A stretch of DNA of 64,000 nt from Cyanobacteria bacterium J06626_4 (GTDB lineage Bacteria; Cyanobacteriota; Cyanobacteriia; Phormidesmidales; Phormidesmidaceae): contig JBCBJQ010000009.1 of assembly GCA_038523235.1 (NCBI GenBank), positions 1-64,000 on the forward strand, read 5' to 3'. The first letter of the stretch is position 1. Every line of letters begins with the position of its first letter. The position numbers were made by a program, and so were the translations under genes. The notes below the pieces were generated by a model that searched no databases, was not told the origin of the DNA, and saw only the letters and a program-made list of their open reading frames with translations. Below are positions 20,189 through 30,046 of this stretch, in pieces.

Positions 20189-21379
20189 ATGATGCGTTCT
20201 CAATCTTTCGCTATTTCCTTGGCTACAGCGGGTATCGTCACGGTGCTCGGCACTCCAGCACAAGCCTTTACCTTTGTAGAAATTGCCAGCAATCAAACCG
20301 CAAACTTTACCGACTTGGTTAATGCAGCCTATGCCATTAATGATGTCGGTACTGTGACCTTCGTGGGTGAATTAGAGGGTCAGAATGGCATATTTGCCGG
20401 GAATGGTGGCGTCTTGACGACGATTGCAGATGAAGGAGATGGCTTCCTCAGCTTCGGTGATCTCGATATCAATAGTGCCGGTACCGTCGTCTTCAGCGCT
20501 GACAGCGACACCCGCATTGTCAGCAGCAGCGGCGGCCTCCTAACTGATGTAATTACTGTGGCCAGTTCCTCTGGGTTAATTGGGTTCTCGGCAAACGATG
20601 GTCTTTGGGCTCCCGTGATTAATGAGCTGGGCACGATCGCTTTTTCCGCCAATAACTTTGCCACCACAGACGAGGGGATTTTCACAATCAATGGCGGCGT
20701 TGTCTCCACCATTGCCGATGCGCCTAACTTTGACCTGTTCCGCTTTTCGTTGAATAACAACGACGATGTCGCCTTTTTCGCCATCTCGACGCTGGCCCCT
20801 GATGGCGATGCCCTATTCATCGGTGATGGCACTGGGTTGCCCACGCCCTTTGCGGATCCGATGGGGTTTGGCACCATTGAAGGCCCAGTCCTGAATGACA
20901 ATGGCACGGTCGCATTCAATGCCCTATTTTTGGATGCCATGTTCAACCCAGTGGTCGGCAACTTTCGTCAGGGGGCAGGGAGCCCAGAGTTAGTGGTCGA
21001 TGACCAAGGCCCCTTCGATGAATTGGGTCGCCCGGCCATCAATAATGCCGGTACCCTGGTCTTCCAATCTGGATTAGATCTGGGCGCACCCGCCCTGTTC
21101 GTCGGTTCCGATCCGGTTGCTGATCGGGTGATCGGGGTCGGTGACATGCTGTTGGGCTCCACCATTACCAGCATTAGTTTCCAAGAGCGCAATGGCCTTA
21201 ACAATCAAGGGCAGTTTGTCTTTACGGCCCAGTTTGCGGATGGCTCTAGTGGGATCTTTCGGGCTGACCCGACTCAACCCCCGGCACAAGATGTGCCGGA
21301 ACCGGCTGCTTGGTTAGGACTGGTGTTGCTCGCAGGTGTCGGTACAGTTGCTCGCCGTACTCGTGCCCAGTCTAGTTAA
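20189..21379 (+). CDS. PEP-CTERM surface protein with tandem NxxGxxAF repeats
   Basis: Signal peptide ending AQA; repeats INDVGTVTF, INSAGTVVF, INELGTIAF, LNDNGTVAF, INNAGTLVF, LNNQGQFVF; C-terminal VPEP + TM + RR. Confidence 0.9.
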   Translation: MMRSQSFAISLATAGIVTVLGTPAQAFTFVEIASNQTANFTDLVNAAYAINDVGTVTFVGELEGQNGIFAGNGGVLTTIADEGDGFLSFGDLDINSAGTVVFSADSDTRIVSSSGGLLTDVITVASSSGLIGFSANDGLWAPVINELGTIAFSANNFATTDEGIFTINGGVVSTIADAPNFDLFRFSLNNNDDVAFFAISTLAPDGDALFIGDGTGLPTPFADPMGFGTIEGPVLNDNGTVAFNALFLDAMFNPVVGNFRQGAGSPELVVDDQGPFDELGRPAINNAGTLVFQSGLDLGAPALFVGSDPVADRVIGVGDMLLGSTITSISFQERNGLNNQGQFVFTAQFADGSSGIFRADPTQPPAQDVPEPAAWLGLVLLAGVGTVARRTRAQSS

Positions 21380-21719
21380 GGCAGCGCTTTGTAAATCGCC
21401 ATTTTCTACCATAGCCCCGCTGGTTTCAGGCAATCCGTTAGACGTGCCAGATCGTGCTTACCGAGAAGCAACACTGAATCGTCAGGGGCGTTACTCACCA
21501 GGCCATAACCCGACTGGTCAGAGATGTCGTCTAGCAGGGCTTTGAGACTCATAATCGGCTCAGGATAGCCACCCTGCCCAGCGACAATGGCAAGGCGGGG
21601 AAGCGATGAAATCAGGGTTGATAGCTAAATCTGCCCTGACAGTACCGGTATTTGCGTTCTCGGAAATCGCTGAATTCAACGATGCTTTAAGGCGAGTTGT
21701 GGCGATTGTCCCAGTTATA

Positions 21720-21790
21720 GATGGGGTTATCTGCTTCGAGGTGCAGATAGTCGTCGGGGGTGAGAGGGGGGCTTGAGGTGAGGCAATCAT
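21720..21790 (-). pseudogene. Frameshifted, truncated 5' relic of a Uma2-family endonuclease gene
   Basis: ATG ATT GCC TCA CCT CAA, then a shift in a C-run gives PLTPDDYLHLEADNPI, matching the typical cyanobacterial Uma2 N-terminus; similarity ends there. Confidence 0.55.
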
Positions 21791-22010
21791 GGGCGACGCC
21801 GACAGCGGGTGGCTTTATCACAGGACTCGCCCCTAGCGCCTCCCCAAATCAAGAACCGGAGGCTCTGTGCCTGAATCTCCTTAGATGATTAGTCTGTGGT
21901 GGTTTACAGCGCATTGCCTTAGCATCGCGTTCCAAATAGCCGAGATTTGGCAGGGCCAAACGCTTACAGAAAATGTCTCTGTCCTAGAGAGATGATTTGA
22001 GGCCAAAGCC

Positions 22011-22877
22011 CTAATCGGGCAGCACCTGAGGCGGAATTTCAGGCGAGTCTTCTCCCGAGGTGGCCTTGAGGTTACGCACCCAGAGTTCGCTGTAAAGCTC
22101 TTCTTGCGAAAGCTCTACCTTGGATTGAGCCGATAGGTAGAGCAAGCCCCAAAATACGCCTACCCGTTCGTGGCGGTCAGCGGCTTCAGGCGAGTCGGGC
22201 ACGTGGTTATCGATTTCGGCAGGGCGATGCTGCGGCCATTCGACCAGCAGTTCTTCAAAATTGAGCCAGCTAAAGTCTTCAGCCAGCTGATCCCAATACT
22301 GGTTTAAGAAAGCTTCGAGCGCTCCAGCAATTTCAGACAGATTTTCTTGGTGGGCCAGCTGCGTAATGGCGCGCACGGCGTGGCGTTTAGGCACAGGCTG
22401 AGCGCGACGCGTGCGAGAGCGAGGCGGCTGATCAGAAATGACCGCGGCAATGGTTTCTAACTGTTCAATCAGCTCATTCAGCGTGACCTGACGCCGTTCG
22501 GGCGGCGGCGCGATCGCCCGCCGGTGTAGGTGTTGTTCTAAATTGCGGGGCAGCGGCATCTCGATCAAATCGTCGGCATCCTCAAAAAAAGCTTCGGCTT
22601 CAAGCGCCGCTTGAGCCTCATCGATTTCTGCTCGCACCAAGGTATCGGCCTTGAGCAAGACCAACATGGAGGCATACAAAAAGGCCTTGCCCGACTCAGA
22701 CAGGCTCGCCTCATAGGGCGATCGCCCCGGATCGGGCAACGCCGCCGGTTCGGTTTTGAGCGTTTTGAGAAATCGATCGATCACATCGATGACCTTGACA
22801 TCCCAGGGGTCAATTTCCCCCTGTTCGGCCAGATCAATCAAAAATGCGATCGCGCTTTGCGCCAGAGATATGGTCAT
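22011..22877 (-). CDS. scpA: Segregation and condensation protein A
   Basis: GEIDPWDVKVIDVID, AFLYASMLVLLKA, VGVFWGLLYL...VELSQEE. Confidence 0.9.
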   Translation of the reverse strand: MTISLAQSAIAFLIDLAEQGEIDPWDVKVIDVIDRFLKTLKTEPAALPDPGRSPYEASLSESGKAFLYASMLVLLKADTLVRAEIDEAQAALEAEAFFEDADDLIEMPLPRNLEQHLHRRAIAPPPERRQVTLNELIEQLETIAAVISDQPPRSRTRRAQPVPKRHAVRAITQLAHQENLSEIAGALEAFLNQYWDQLAEDFSWLNFEELLVEWPQHRPAEIDNHVPDSPEAADRHERVGVFWGLLYLSAQSKVELSQEELYSELWVRNLKATSGEDSPEIPPQVLPD

Positions 22878-22885
22878 ACGGGCGG

Positions 22886-23251
22886 CTAGTTCGCAAAGGC
22901 TTCGCTAGACTCTGAATCGCCGTCTGTATTGGCAGAGGCGGGCAGCATCGGCTGCTGCTCTTCTAACTCCACCCGATAGCGCTCAACGTCTCGTTCGAGT
23001 TCTTGAATGCGAACTTCGCTCTGCTCCATTTGTTTGCCAGGGCCGAGGTATCCCTGCACCTGCACCCACACGCTAAACACCCAGGCCAAAACCGCACCGA
23101 TGCCCATCGCCACGATTAGCTCGACACAGAGCGGGGCCTCTAAATCAATCCCCTGCACAATGTGAATCGTAGTGGGATCAGTGTTCTCAATCCCAAATAA
23201 GACCAATGCCAGTGAAATCACAAAGATCACGACAAAGTTGATCTGCCGCAT
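22886..23251 (-). CDS. LapA/DUF1049-like membrane protein
   Basis: Two N-terminal hydrophobic helices (LFGIENT, APLCVELIVAMGIGA) followed by a coiled coil. Confidence 0.78.
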   Translation of the reverse strand: MRQINFVVIFVISLALVLFGIENTDPTTIHIVQGIDLEAPLCVELIVAMGIGAVLAWVFSVWVQVQGYLGPGKQMEQSEVRIQELERDVERYRVELEEQQPMLPASANTDGDSESSEAFAN

Positions 23252-23411
23252 AGTTGCTGACTCCTAACGTCGTCGAAAAACTGGACTCAACCTTTAGCGA
23301 TCTGGTGCCTCACAAAAATGTCTGGGCGAGTCGCCAAAGTTTCCACCCTACTATAAGCCGCCAATGCGATCGCGGTTATAAAGAGATGTTAGAAGAATGA
23401 ACAAAGTGTAG

Positions 23412-23444
23412 AAAAAGCGCTCCAGCCTTTAACTAGAGCGCTTT
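23412..23444 (-). terminator. Hairpin with A-tract, probable terminator of the 23526-23978 gene
   Basis: AAAAAGCGCTC...GAGCGCTTT. Confidence 0.5.
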
Positions 23445-23525
23445 CGTCGTCTGAGCAAATTAATCTCAGTAAACGTTGAAGAAGCTTAGATGGTTCCACA
23501 GTCTCTTTTAGAAACCGCCCATCAT

Positions 23526-23978
23526 TCAGAAAAACTGTGCATAATTCTCTGTTGCCCAGGTCTGTGCATCGCTGCGGCTTTCAAAAACGCCATAGCCATA
23601 CTCCTCGTCAACGAGCCTGACCCAAAAAGTTCCATCTCGCCTGTCTTCCACGATCTCCAGCGTTCCAGCAGGTGACAGAAAGCGCCCAACCACAGGCACC
23701 TGCTTGGCACAATCGATCGGGTTGCTAGCATTCAGCTGTTCGTCAATACACTGTCGCACACTGGGCAAAAACGCTCTCGATACTAACGGGAATAAGGATT
23801 CTGAGCTTGTCGATGCTGGTGTTGAGATCCCTATAGTACTTGTGGTCTCAGGAGCACTGTTGCTGCTCGTGCCACACAGATAACTCATATTCACTGGCCC
23901 ACGGCCCATGTCGGCCCAGCAAACCCAATCCGATGTCGAAACCTGTGCAACTAATACTGAAGCTATTAAACTCAGCAT
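23526..23978 (-). CDS. Hypothetical exported protein
   Basis: Hydrophobic N-terminus, CWADMGRGPVNMSYLCG paired-Cys motif, Ser/Thr linker; start at ATG 23978. Confidence 0.65.
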   Translation of the reverse strand: MLSLIASVLVAQVSTSDWVCWADMGRGPVNMSYLCGTSSNSAPETTSTIGISTPASTSSESLFPLVSRAFLPSVRQCIDEQLNASNPIDCAKQVPVVGRFLSPAGTLEIVEDRRDGTFWVRLVDEEYGYGVFESRSDAQTWATENYAQFF

Positions 23979-24279
23979 GTTCACCTCGCGCGCGGTAGTA
24001 CTTGCCTCCTCAATATTCCCAAACCTTTTTGGGCATCTCAAAAAGCGCTAATTTTGTAGAAGGCAGGATGGCTACAGTAGCTTCAGAGCCTTGTTGGAGC
24101 TGGATTTGAGCCATTGAAAAGATGCTCTCGTCTTCTATCTAACACCCCGGTCTCAGGTTATGAGGTGAGTGGGGATTTACCAATCAGACAGATTCTTTCA
24201 AGGCTGGCTCTGGCAGCGATCGCTCAGACATTGGGCTCAGCCTTAGGCATAATCAAAACAACAGATCTGGGGGGCAACC

Positions 24280-25206
24280 ATGAGCAAAAGCCAGCAGGTC
24301 GGGCCCAAACTTTCTCAGATCCGGGCCTTGGTGGCCGTCGCTGATTTTGGCAGCTTTGGCGAAGCGGCCCTAGAGCTAGGGTTAACCCAGCCCACTGTCA
24401 GCCACGCGATCGCCACCTTAGAAGACGAACTCGGCGTGATTTTGCTGGCGCGGGGCCGTCACGGGGCCCAACTCACGCCAGCGGGTAAGGCGGTCACTCA
24501 GCAAGCCCGCGACGTCTTGCAACTGTTAGAACAAATGCAGCAAACGGCGAATCTGCATAAGGGTTTGCAGGGTGGCGAGGTGCGCATTGCCACCTTCAGA
24601 GGCGCTGCCGCCAACCTGTTGCCGCAGATTGTGGCGCAGTTTCGCAAAGCCCATCCAGCGATCGCGGTGACCCTAACTGAGCACTACGATTTCACCTATG
24701 TTGAACAGCAGATCCGCTGCGGCAAGGCCGATATTGGCCTGACTTGCTTGCCCACGGGAGCAGACTTTGACACCTATGACCTGATGAGTGACCCCTTTTG
24801 GGTGCTGTTGCCACCTGATAGTGAACTACCCTCTCTGGCTTTAACCTGGGAGCAATTGGTGGCCCTGCCGCTAATTGTTTATCCCGCAGACAATAGCTGT
24901 TTTGACACCGTGCAGACGTATTTTCAGCAAGCGGGGTTTGCTCTAGAGCCGCGATATCAGTTTCGAGAAACGAGCACCATTCTCAGCATGGTGGCTCAGG
25001 GCTTAGGGGCGGCCATTGTCCCCTCGTTGTCGGCGTATCCGATTCCGGCTGGAGTGCAGGTGGCGCATTTACCCGACCCCCTAGAACGTCAGGTGGGTGC
25101 GGTCGTGCTCACCGAAGCGCTGCATCCGCCTGGGGTGTATGCCTTTTTGCAAACCCTCAAGGCACATGCGTTATTGATGCCTGAGAACCAGAGCGGCATC
25201 GGCTGA
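24280..25206 (+). CDS. LysR family transcriptional regulator
   Basis: HTH GSFGEAALELGLTQPTVSHAIATLEDELG, LTPAG, C-terminal substrate-binding domain (MVAQGLG). Confidence 0.95.
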   Translation: MSKSQQVGPKLSQIRALVAVADFGSFGEAALELGLTQPTVSHAIATLEDELGVILLARGRHGAQLTPAGKAVTQQARDVLQLLEQMQQTANLHKGLQGGEVRIATFRGAAANLLPQIVAQFRKAHPAIAVTLTEHYDFTYVEQQIRCGKADIGLTCLPTGADFDTYDLMSDPFWVLLPPDSELPSLALTWEQLVALPLIVYPADNSCFDTVQTYFQQAGFALEPRYQFRETSTILSMVAQGLGAAIVPSLSAYPIPAGVQVAHLPDPLERQVGAVVLTEALHPPGVYAFLQTLKAHALLMPENQSGIG

Positions 25207-25343
25207 ATCCACGAGGGCATTATCGTCCGTCTGAACATCAAGTTTTCCCCGCGGCTGAGCAGTTCCACCGGCGGCACTTCTCCGGAGCAAGCAGAGGTTG
25301 AAACAACCGCCCAATGTCTCTACCTCAGTCAATGGCCTGGGAT

Positions 25344-26594
25344 TTACAGCGATCGCTGCCAGGTGACCGTGGGTGCAGCGATGCTGACCAGTCGGGTACC
25401 TTGGGCAATCACATGACGGACGGTGGCGCGGTCGCGAATTGCGGCGATCGCATCGTTGGCCTCTAGGGCAATGAGGTTAGCCGGTTTACCCACCTCTAAC
25501 CCGTATTGTTCAGTCAGGCCCAGTGTTCTCGCCCCACAGCGCGTAATCATGTCGTAGCAGGCAGCCAACTCATCGCGTCCGGTCATCTGGCAGGCATGTA
25601 CGGCCATCGATGCGACTTCTAGCAGGCTGCCAGTGCCCAGGTTGTACCAGGGGTCTTGAATGCAGTCGTGGCCCAGACTCAGGTTTAGGCCGTTTTGCCA
25701 CAGCTCTTTAACACGAGTGAGGCCCCGCCGTTTGGGGTAGGTATCGGTGCGGCCCTGCAGCGTCAAATTAATTAAGGGATTGGCAATGAAGTTGAGGTTC
25801 GCTCGCTTGAGAAACCCCATCAGTTTGAAGGCATAGGCATCGTTATAGGAGCCAAAAGCCGTAGTGTGACTCGCGGTGACGCGGCGGCCCAACTGGCGAC
25901 GAATGGTTTCGGCCGCGACCACCTCTAAAAAACGGGACTGATCGTCATCAATTTCATCACAGTGAATATCAATGGCGCGATCGTACTTTTCCGCCAAATC
26001 AAAAATGTATTGAATTGACTTCACCCCATCTTCCCGAGTGAGTTCGTAATGGGGAATACCGCCCACCACATCGGCACCGAGTTTAATCGCTTCTTCCAGG
26101 CGTTCGGCATTATGAGGGGCGCTAAAAACCCCATCTTGGGGAAAAGCCACGACCTGTAGCGTCAGCCAATCTTTGACCCGGTCGCGGACGGCTAACAGGG
26201 CTTTCAGCGGGATTTGATTGGGTTCGCTGACATCGGCGTGACTCCGCACAAACAAGACGCCTTGGCTGGCCTGCAATTTCAGGGTCGCGATCGCCCGTTC
26301 CTGCACATCTTCGAGAGTGAGCGCCTGTTTCCGCTCGCGCCAAATTTCAATGCCCTCAAAGAGGGTACCGCTCTGATTCCAGCGGGGCTGGCCTGCCGTC
26401 AGGGCTGAATCAAGATGCAGGTGCGATTCGACCAAGGGCGGGCTCACCAATAAATTTTCGAGATCTAGAACGGAATCCGCTGACTCGTTTAAGTGGGGGG
26501 CGATCGCAGCAATTTTGCCATCGTGAATAGCAATGTCAACGGTGGTCTCAGGTGCCGTCACTAAGCGGCCCTGGCGCAGCAGCAGAGAAGTCAT
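25344..26594 (-). CDS. codA: Cytosine deaminase (amidohydrolase superfamily)
   Basis: HLHLD, WNQSGTLFEGI, VAFPQDG, IDIHCDE, ASHTTA, GHDCIQDPWY. Confidence 0.93.
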   Translation of the reverse strand: MTSLLLRQGRLVTAPETTVDIAIHDGKIAAIAPHLNESADSVLDLENLLVSPPLVESHLHLDSALTAGQPRWNQSGTLFEGIEIWRERKQALTLEDVQERAIATLKLQASQGVLFVRSHADVSEPNQIPLKALLAVRDRVKDWLTLQVVAFPQDGVFSAPHNAERLEEAIKLGADVVGGIPHYELTREDGVKSIQYIFDLAEKYDRAIDIHCDEIDDDQSRFLEVVAAETIRRQLGRRVTASHTTAFGSYNDAYAFKLMGFLKRANLNFIANPLINLTLQGRTDTYPKRRGLTRVKELWQNGLNLSLGHDCIQDPWYNLGTGSLLEVASMAVHACQMTGRDELAACYDMITRCGARTLGLTEQYGLEVGKPANLIALEANDAIAAIRDRATVRHVIAQGTRLVSIAAPTVTWQRSL

Positions 26595-26854
26595 GCGGCA
26601 CTCTGGTCATCAGCTTCCCTAGAATACCGGCTGTCAGACGCCCAAACCGTTCTTTAGTCAGACTTGGCGCTCCCTAAAACCAAGTTTTCATCGCCTGACC
26701 CCGCAGCTCTAGCGTCCTCACCCCCTTGCCCCGGCAGCTCATCGAGCCAGCCACCGCCAGCGGGCAGGAGACGGTTAGACAGCGATCTCAACGATGCACT
26801 AAGATCGAAGGATCCTGTTTTAGGCAGGGGAATCATCTACAGTGCTTTGGGTTT

Positions 26855-27277
26855 ATGGACGTCCTCATTCAGCGGCAACGACTGCAGCATATTGTGGACA
26901 GCTACGCTTTAGCGGGCAGAGATGCCGCTCTATTTGAGCGGCGACTCGCGACTTTGGTGCAGCAATATTCCTACAACGCCGTCGAGTTAGCATTGGTCGA
27001 AGGGTTAGTCCAAAACTGGCTGCGCTATCCGCTACCTCGGGGTCTGGCGTTCTTAGAACAAATTCAACCCCGGCTACAGGCTTGGCGCGAGGCGACCATG
27101 ATCTCTACCGGTTTAACCCCAACACAGTTTGAGCAAGTAACTGGGTTGCCACCCCACAGTTTTGAAAACATGGCCGCCTCACCCATCGATTTAGCCGCCG
27201 TTGAGCGGCGATCGCCCACTTCAGCTTCTCAATCCGAAGACTTGCCGCATCCCTTCTCCTCAGACTTCCAGGCGTAG
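26855..27277 (+). CDS. Conserved cyanobacterial hypothetical protein
   Basis: HIVDSYAL...ELALVEGLVQNW...PRGLAFL...TPTQFEQVTGL; start set to ATG 26855. Confidence 0.7.
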   Translation: MDVLIQRQRLQHIVDSYALAGRDAALFERRLATLVQQYSYNAVELALVEGLVQNWLRYPLPRGLAFLEQIQPRLQAWREATMISTGLTPTQFEQVTGLPPHSFENMAASPIDLAAVERRSPTSASQSEDLPHPFSSDFQA

Positions 27278-27402
27278 TGCACGAGCCGGCACAACCCAGA
27301 ACCGTTCTACCCTCTGCCATAAGCTTTAGGAAATTTCAGCTTCTTACCCTTAAATTGAAATCACCATAACGAGCGGTCCACGAGTGAGCGCGACGCCCAA
27401 CT

Positions 27403-27436
27403 AAAAAAGGGGGCAAGCATTCGCTTACCCCCCTTT
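27403..27436. terminator. Bidirectional intrinsic terminator between convergent genes
   Basis: AAAAAAGGGGGCAAGC-ATTC-GCTTACCCCCCTTT. Confidence 0.7.
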
Positions 27437-27532
27437 CAAAATCCTTGAACTCTCGAAAAAGATCCTGAGCTCAAGCATTTAGTGATTCTTGTCGAAATCT
27501 GACAAAACCCACTCAGTCAAATCAAACCGAAA

Positions 27533-27673
27533 TTACATCAGACCCAGTTGAGCCAAGATGCCCTGGCCGGTCACGAATTCGGTAGTCAGACCAATCACAA
27601 AACCTAGCATTGCCAAACGGCCATTCCAGTTCTCGGCAAATGCGGTGAAACCGAACTTTTGTTCTTCAGTCAT
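27533..27673 (-). CDS. hli: High-light-inducible protein (HLIP/SCP), 46 aa
   Basis: Translated by hand: MTEEQKFGFTAFAENWNGRLAMLGFVIGLTTEFVTGQGILAQLGLM; chlorophyll-binding ExxNGRLAM motif; below the ORF-track cut-off. Confidence 0.95.
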   Translation of the reverse strand: MTEEQKFGFTAFAENWNGRLAMLGFVIGLTTEFVTGQGILAQLGLM

Positions 27674-27799
27674 AGTGAAAACCTCTGTTGGTTCAAGGGG
27701 AATCACAGCGGGTTCGCTGCTTCATGTTTAGATATTAACCATTCTCGAAATAAATCGCAATATTTCTTTAGGTGGATTATTGGCGGCGATTCAATCCCC

Positions 27800-29608
27800 C
27801 TAGGGTAGGGCGATCGCGCTGCCGCCACCCCGTCGAGTCGGCTCTGCCACAGCCAGAATCACCCCGTCTGGCTTGACAAGAATCCCGGTTGCAGCCCCAA
27901 TCTCTGCCGTCGGTTGCAGCTGGTGACCAGTCGCCAACAAGGCTTCGCCGATGGTCGTCTCTTCGAATCCCTGATCAACGGTAGTCAGGCCACTATTGCG
28001 CTGAGAGAGTCGCGGGGCCGCGATCGCGGCCTCTAAATCAAGTCCGAAGTCGATCACATTGACGGCAATGCTTAACACCGTCGTGATAATCGTGGAGCCG
28101 CCAGGCGAACCAAACGCCAGCACACTACCTTCGGGCGCGATGGCAATAGTGGGGGACATGCTGCTGCGGGGGCGTTTGCCGGGCTCCGGCACGTTGGGAT
28201 GAGGCAGCTCTAGGGTGAAATCTGTCAGCTCATTGTTGAGAATAAAGCCATAGCCGGGCACCACGATGCCCGAGCCGCCAGTGGATTCTAATGTCAGAGT
28301 GTAGGACACCGTCAGGCCGTCAGCATCTACCACCGTGATGTGAGACGTGGAGACGCCACCATCATCATTGACGGGGCGCAAGGCTTGGGGTGCAGTCAGA
28401 CTGGGACTGGGATCTTGCTGATACGGCAGCGGATTGCCGGCGATCGCCCGATAGTCCGTTTCATTAGGCGGCGCTTGTGGCGGCATCGCCGAGCGGCGCT
28501 GGTCAGCATAGGCCGGGTTCAACAGTCCGGCGACGGGCACATCCACGTATGCCGCATCGCCCAGGTAGGCATTGCGATCGCTAAAAGCTAGCCGTTCCGC
28601 TTCAATGAGCCAGTGCAGCGCGGCGGGTCGTTCCAGTTGCTCCAGCTCATAACCCGCCAGCAGGTTCAGGGTCTGAGCCACAGTGAGGCCGCCGCTGCTG
28701 GGCAACCCCATGCCATACAGCCGATAGCCCCGATAGCGACTCTCGACCGGCGGTCGCACCCGCACTTCATAGCGATCAAGGTCGGTTTCGGTGAGGCCAC
28801 CGGGCCACACGGTAAACGGGGGCGTTGCCACCACGGGCGGCGATTGCACCGTTTGGGCGATCGCCCGACCAATTTCGCCACGATAAAAAGCATTCACCCC
28901 CTGCTCTGCCAACAATTCATATGTGCGGGCCATATCAGGATTGCGAAACTGGCTGCCGACTGGGGGCACCTGCCCCTGCGGCAGATAAAGCTGCTGCGTG
29001 CTGGTAAAGGCGGCAAAGCGGTCTTGGTTGCGCGCAATCTGTTCAGCGAAGGTGGCGTCTACGGTGAAGCCCGTTTGTGCCAGGGCGATCGCGGGCGACA
29101 GCACCTCTGCCAGTGATTTCGTGCCATAGCGCGACAGCGCCGTTTGCCAGTTCAGCGGCGTACCAGGCACACCCACCGCCAGGCCGCTGGTAATGCGGTT
29201 GGGAAAAAACGGCAGCGGCTCACCGGTGGCACTGTCAGGATCAACAAACAGATTAGGGGTGGTGGCGGCAGGGGCCGTTTCTCGACCATCTAAAGTGACG
29301 ACCAACTCCCGCGCTGGGTCGTAAATCACCATAAAGCCACCCCCACCAATCCCTGCCGAAAAGGGATCGGTAACGCCCAGCGCCGCTGCAGTCGCGACTG
29401 CAGCATCCACGGCATTGCCCCCGGCTTTGAGCACCTCAATGCCCACCTGTGTGGCGCGGTGATCGACGCTGGCCACCGCGCCGCCCCGGCCCGTAGCCAC
29501 ATGACTGACCTGCGATCGCCCCGCCATTGGCCAGATCAGACTCAGAAGAATTAAGAGACCGGTGCTGAAACCGGCAATCGCCCACGATAAGCCACGACGT
29601 CTAGTCAT
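27800..29608 (-). CDS. ggt: Gamma-glutamyltransferase
   Basis: GGNAVDAAVA, SAGIGGGGF, autoprocessing STSHITV, LNNELTDF, PGKRPRSSMSP, GSPGGSTI; signal-like N-terminus. Confidence 0.95.
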   Translation of the reverse strand: MTRRRGLSWAIAGFSTGLLILLSLIWPMAGRSQVSHVATGRGGAVASVDHRATQVGIEVLKAGGNAVDAAVATAAALGVTDPFSAGIGGGGFMVIYDPARELVVTLDGRETAPAATTPNLFVDPDSATGEPLPFFPNRITSGLAVGVPGTPLNWQTALSRYGTKSLAEVLSPAIALAQTGFTVDATFAEQIARNQDRFAAFTSTQQLYLPQGQVPPVGSQFRNPDMARTYELLAEQGVNAFYRGEIGRAIAQTVQSPPVVATPPFTVWPGGLTETDLDRYEVRVRPPVESRYRGYRLYGMGLPSSGGLTVAQTLNLLAGYELEQLERPAALHWLIEAERLAFSDRNAYLGDAAYVDVPVAGLLNPAYADQRRSAMPPQAPPNETDYRAIAGNPLPYQQDPSPSLTAPQALRPVNDDGGVSTSHITVVDADGLTVSYTLTLESTGGSGIVVPGYGFILNNELTDFTLELPHPNVPEPGKRPRSSMSPTIAIAPEGSVLAFGSPGGSTIITTVLSIAVNVIDFGLDLEAAIAAPRLSQRNSGLTTVDQGFEETTIGEALLATGHQLQPTAEIGAATGILVKPDGVILAVAEPTRRGGGSAIALP

Positions 29609-30046
29609 CAAACGGTTGTTTATCCTGCCGAAGAAAATTGGGTGCCTGTCAACCAATGGGAAACCGATTGTGGCTCCCGACCGGGACAGATGGGTGTTAC
29701 TTTACCGTCGATTGCGGGTGCAGTCAGCCGCAGCCGCCAACCACCGAGGATGAAGGGCGGCTCTGCGCCGTTAATCTTCGTCAAGATTTGGTCATGCCAA
29801 ATTCCTACGATGGTGCGGGGAAAATTGCCCATCCGGATCGCGGTCACCATCGTTGAGAACATCGCATTGGCCATCGTGGATGACCAATAGCTTAATGCTT
29901 CTTCATGGGGTGTGTCCGGTGGGACTCCAAAATTGATGCGACCATGAAGAAAGCGCTGGTCAGGCGTTGAGCCCCTTATCCCCGCAAGTTAGACGGGTGA
30001 TCTTGCTTGATAAATTTTATTTTGACATCGGTTGTTATCACGCTCT

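Noticed and set aside
27756..27774. HLR1 (RpaB) site upstream of the hli gene
   Set aside because: Each half-site matches only about 5 of 8 consensus positions; too weak to call
29620..29985. Open minus-strand frame between ggt and menF (…PDQRFLHGRINFGVPPDTPHEEALSYWSSTMANAMF…)
   Set aside because: Somewhat protein-like but no good start or family match; could be a fragment or chance, and needs BLASTX
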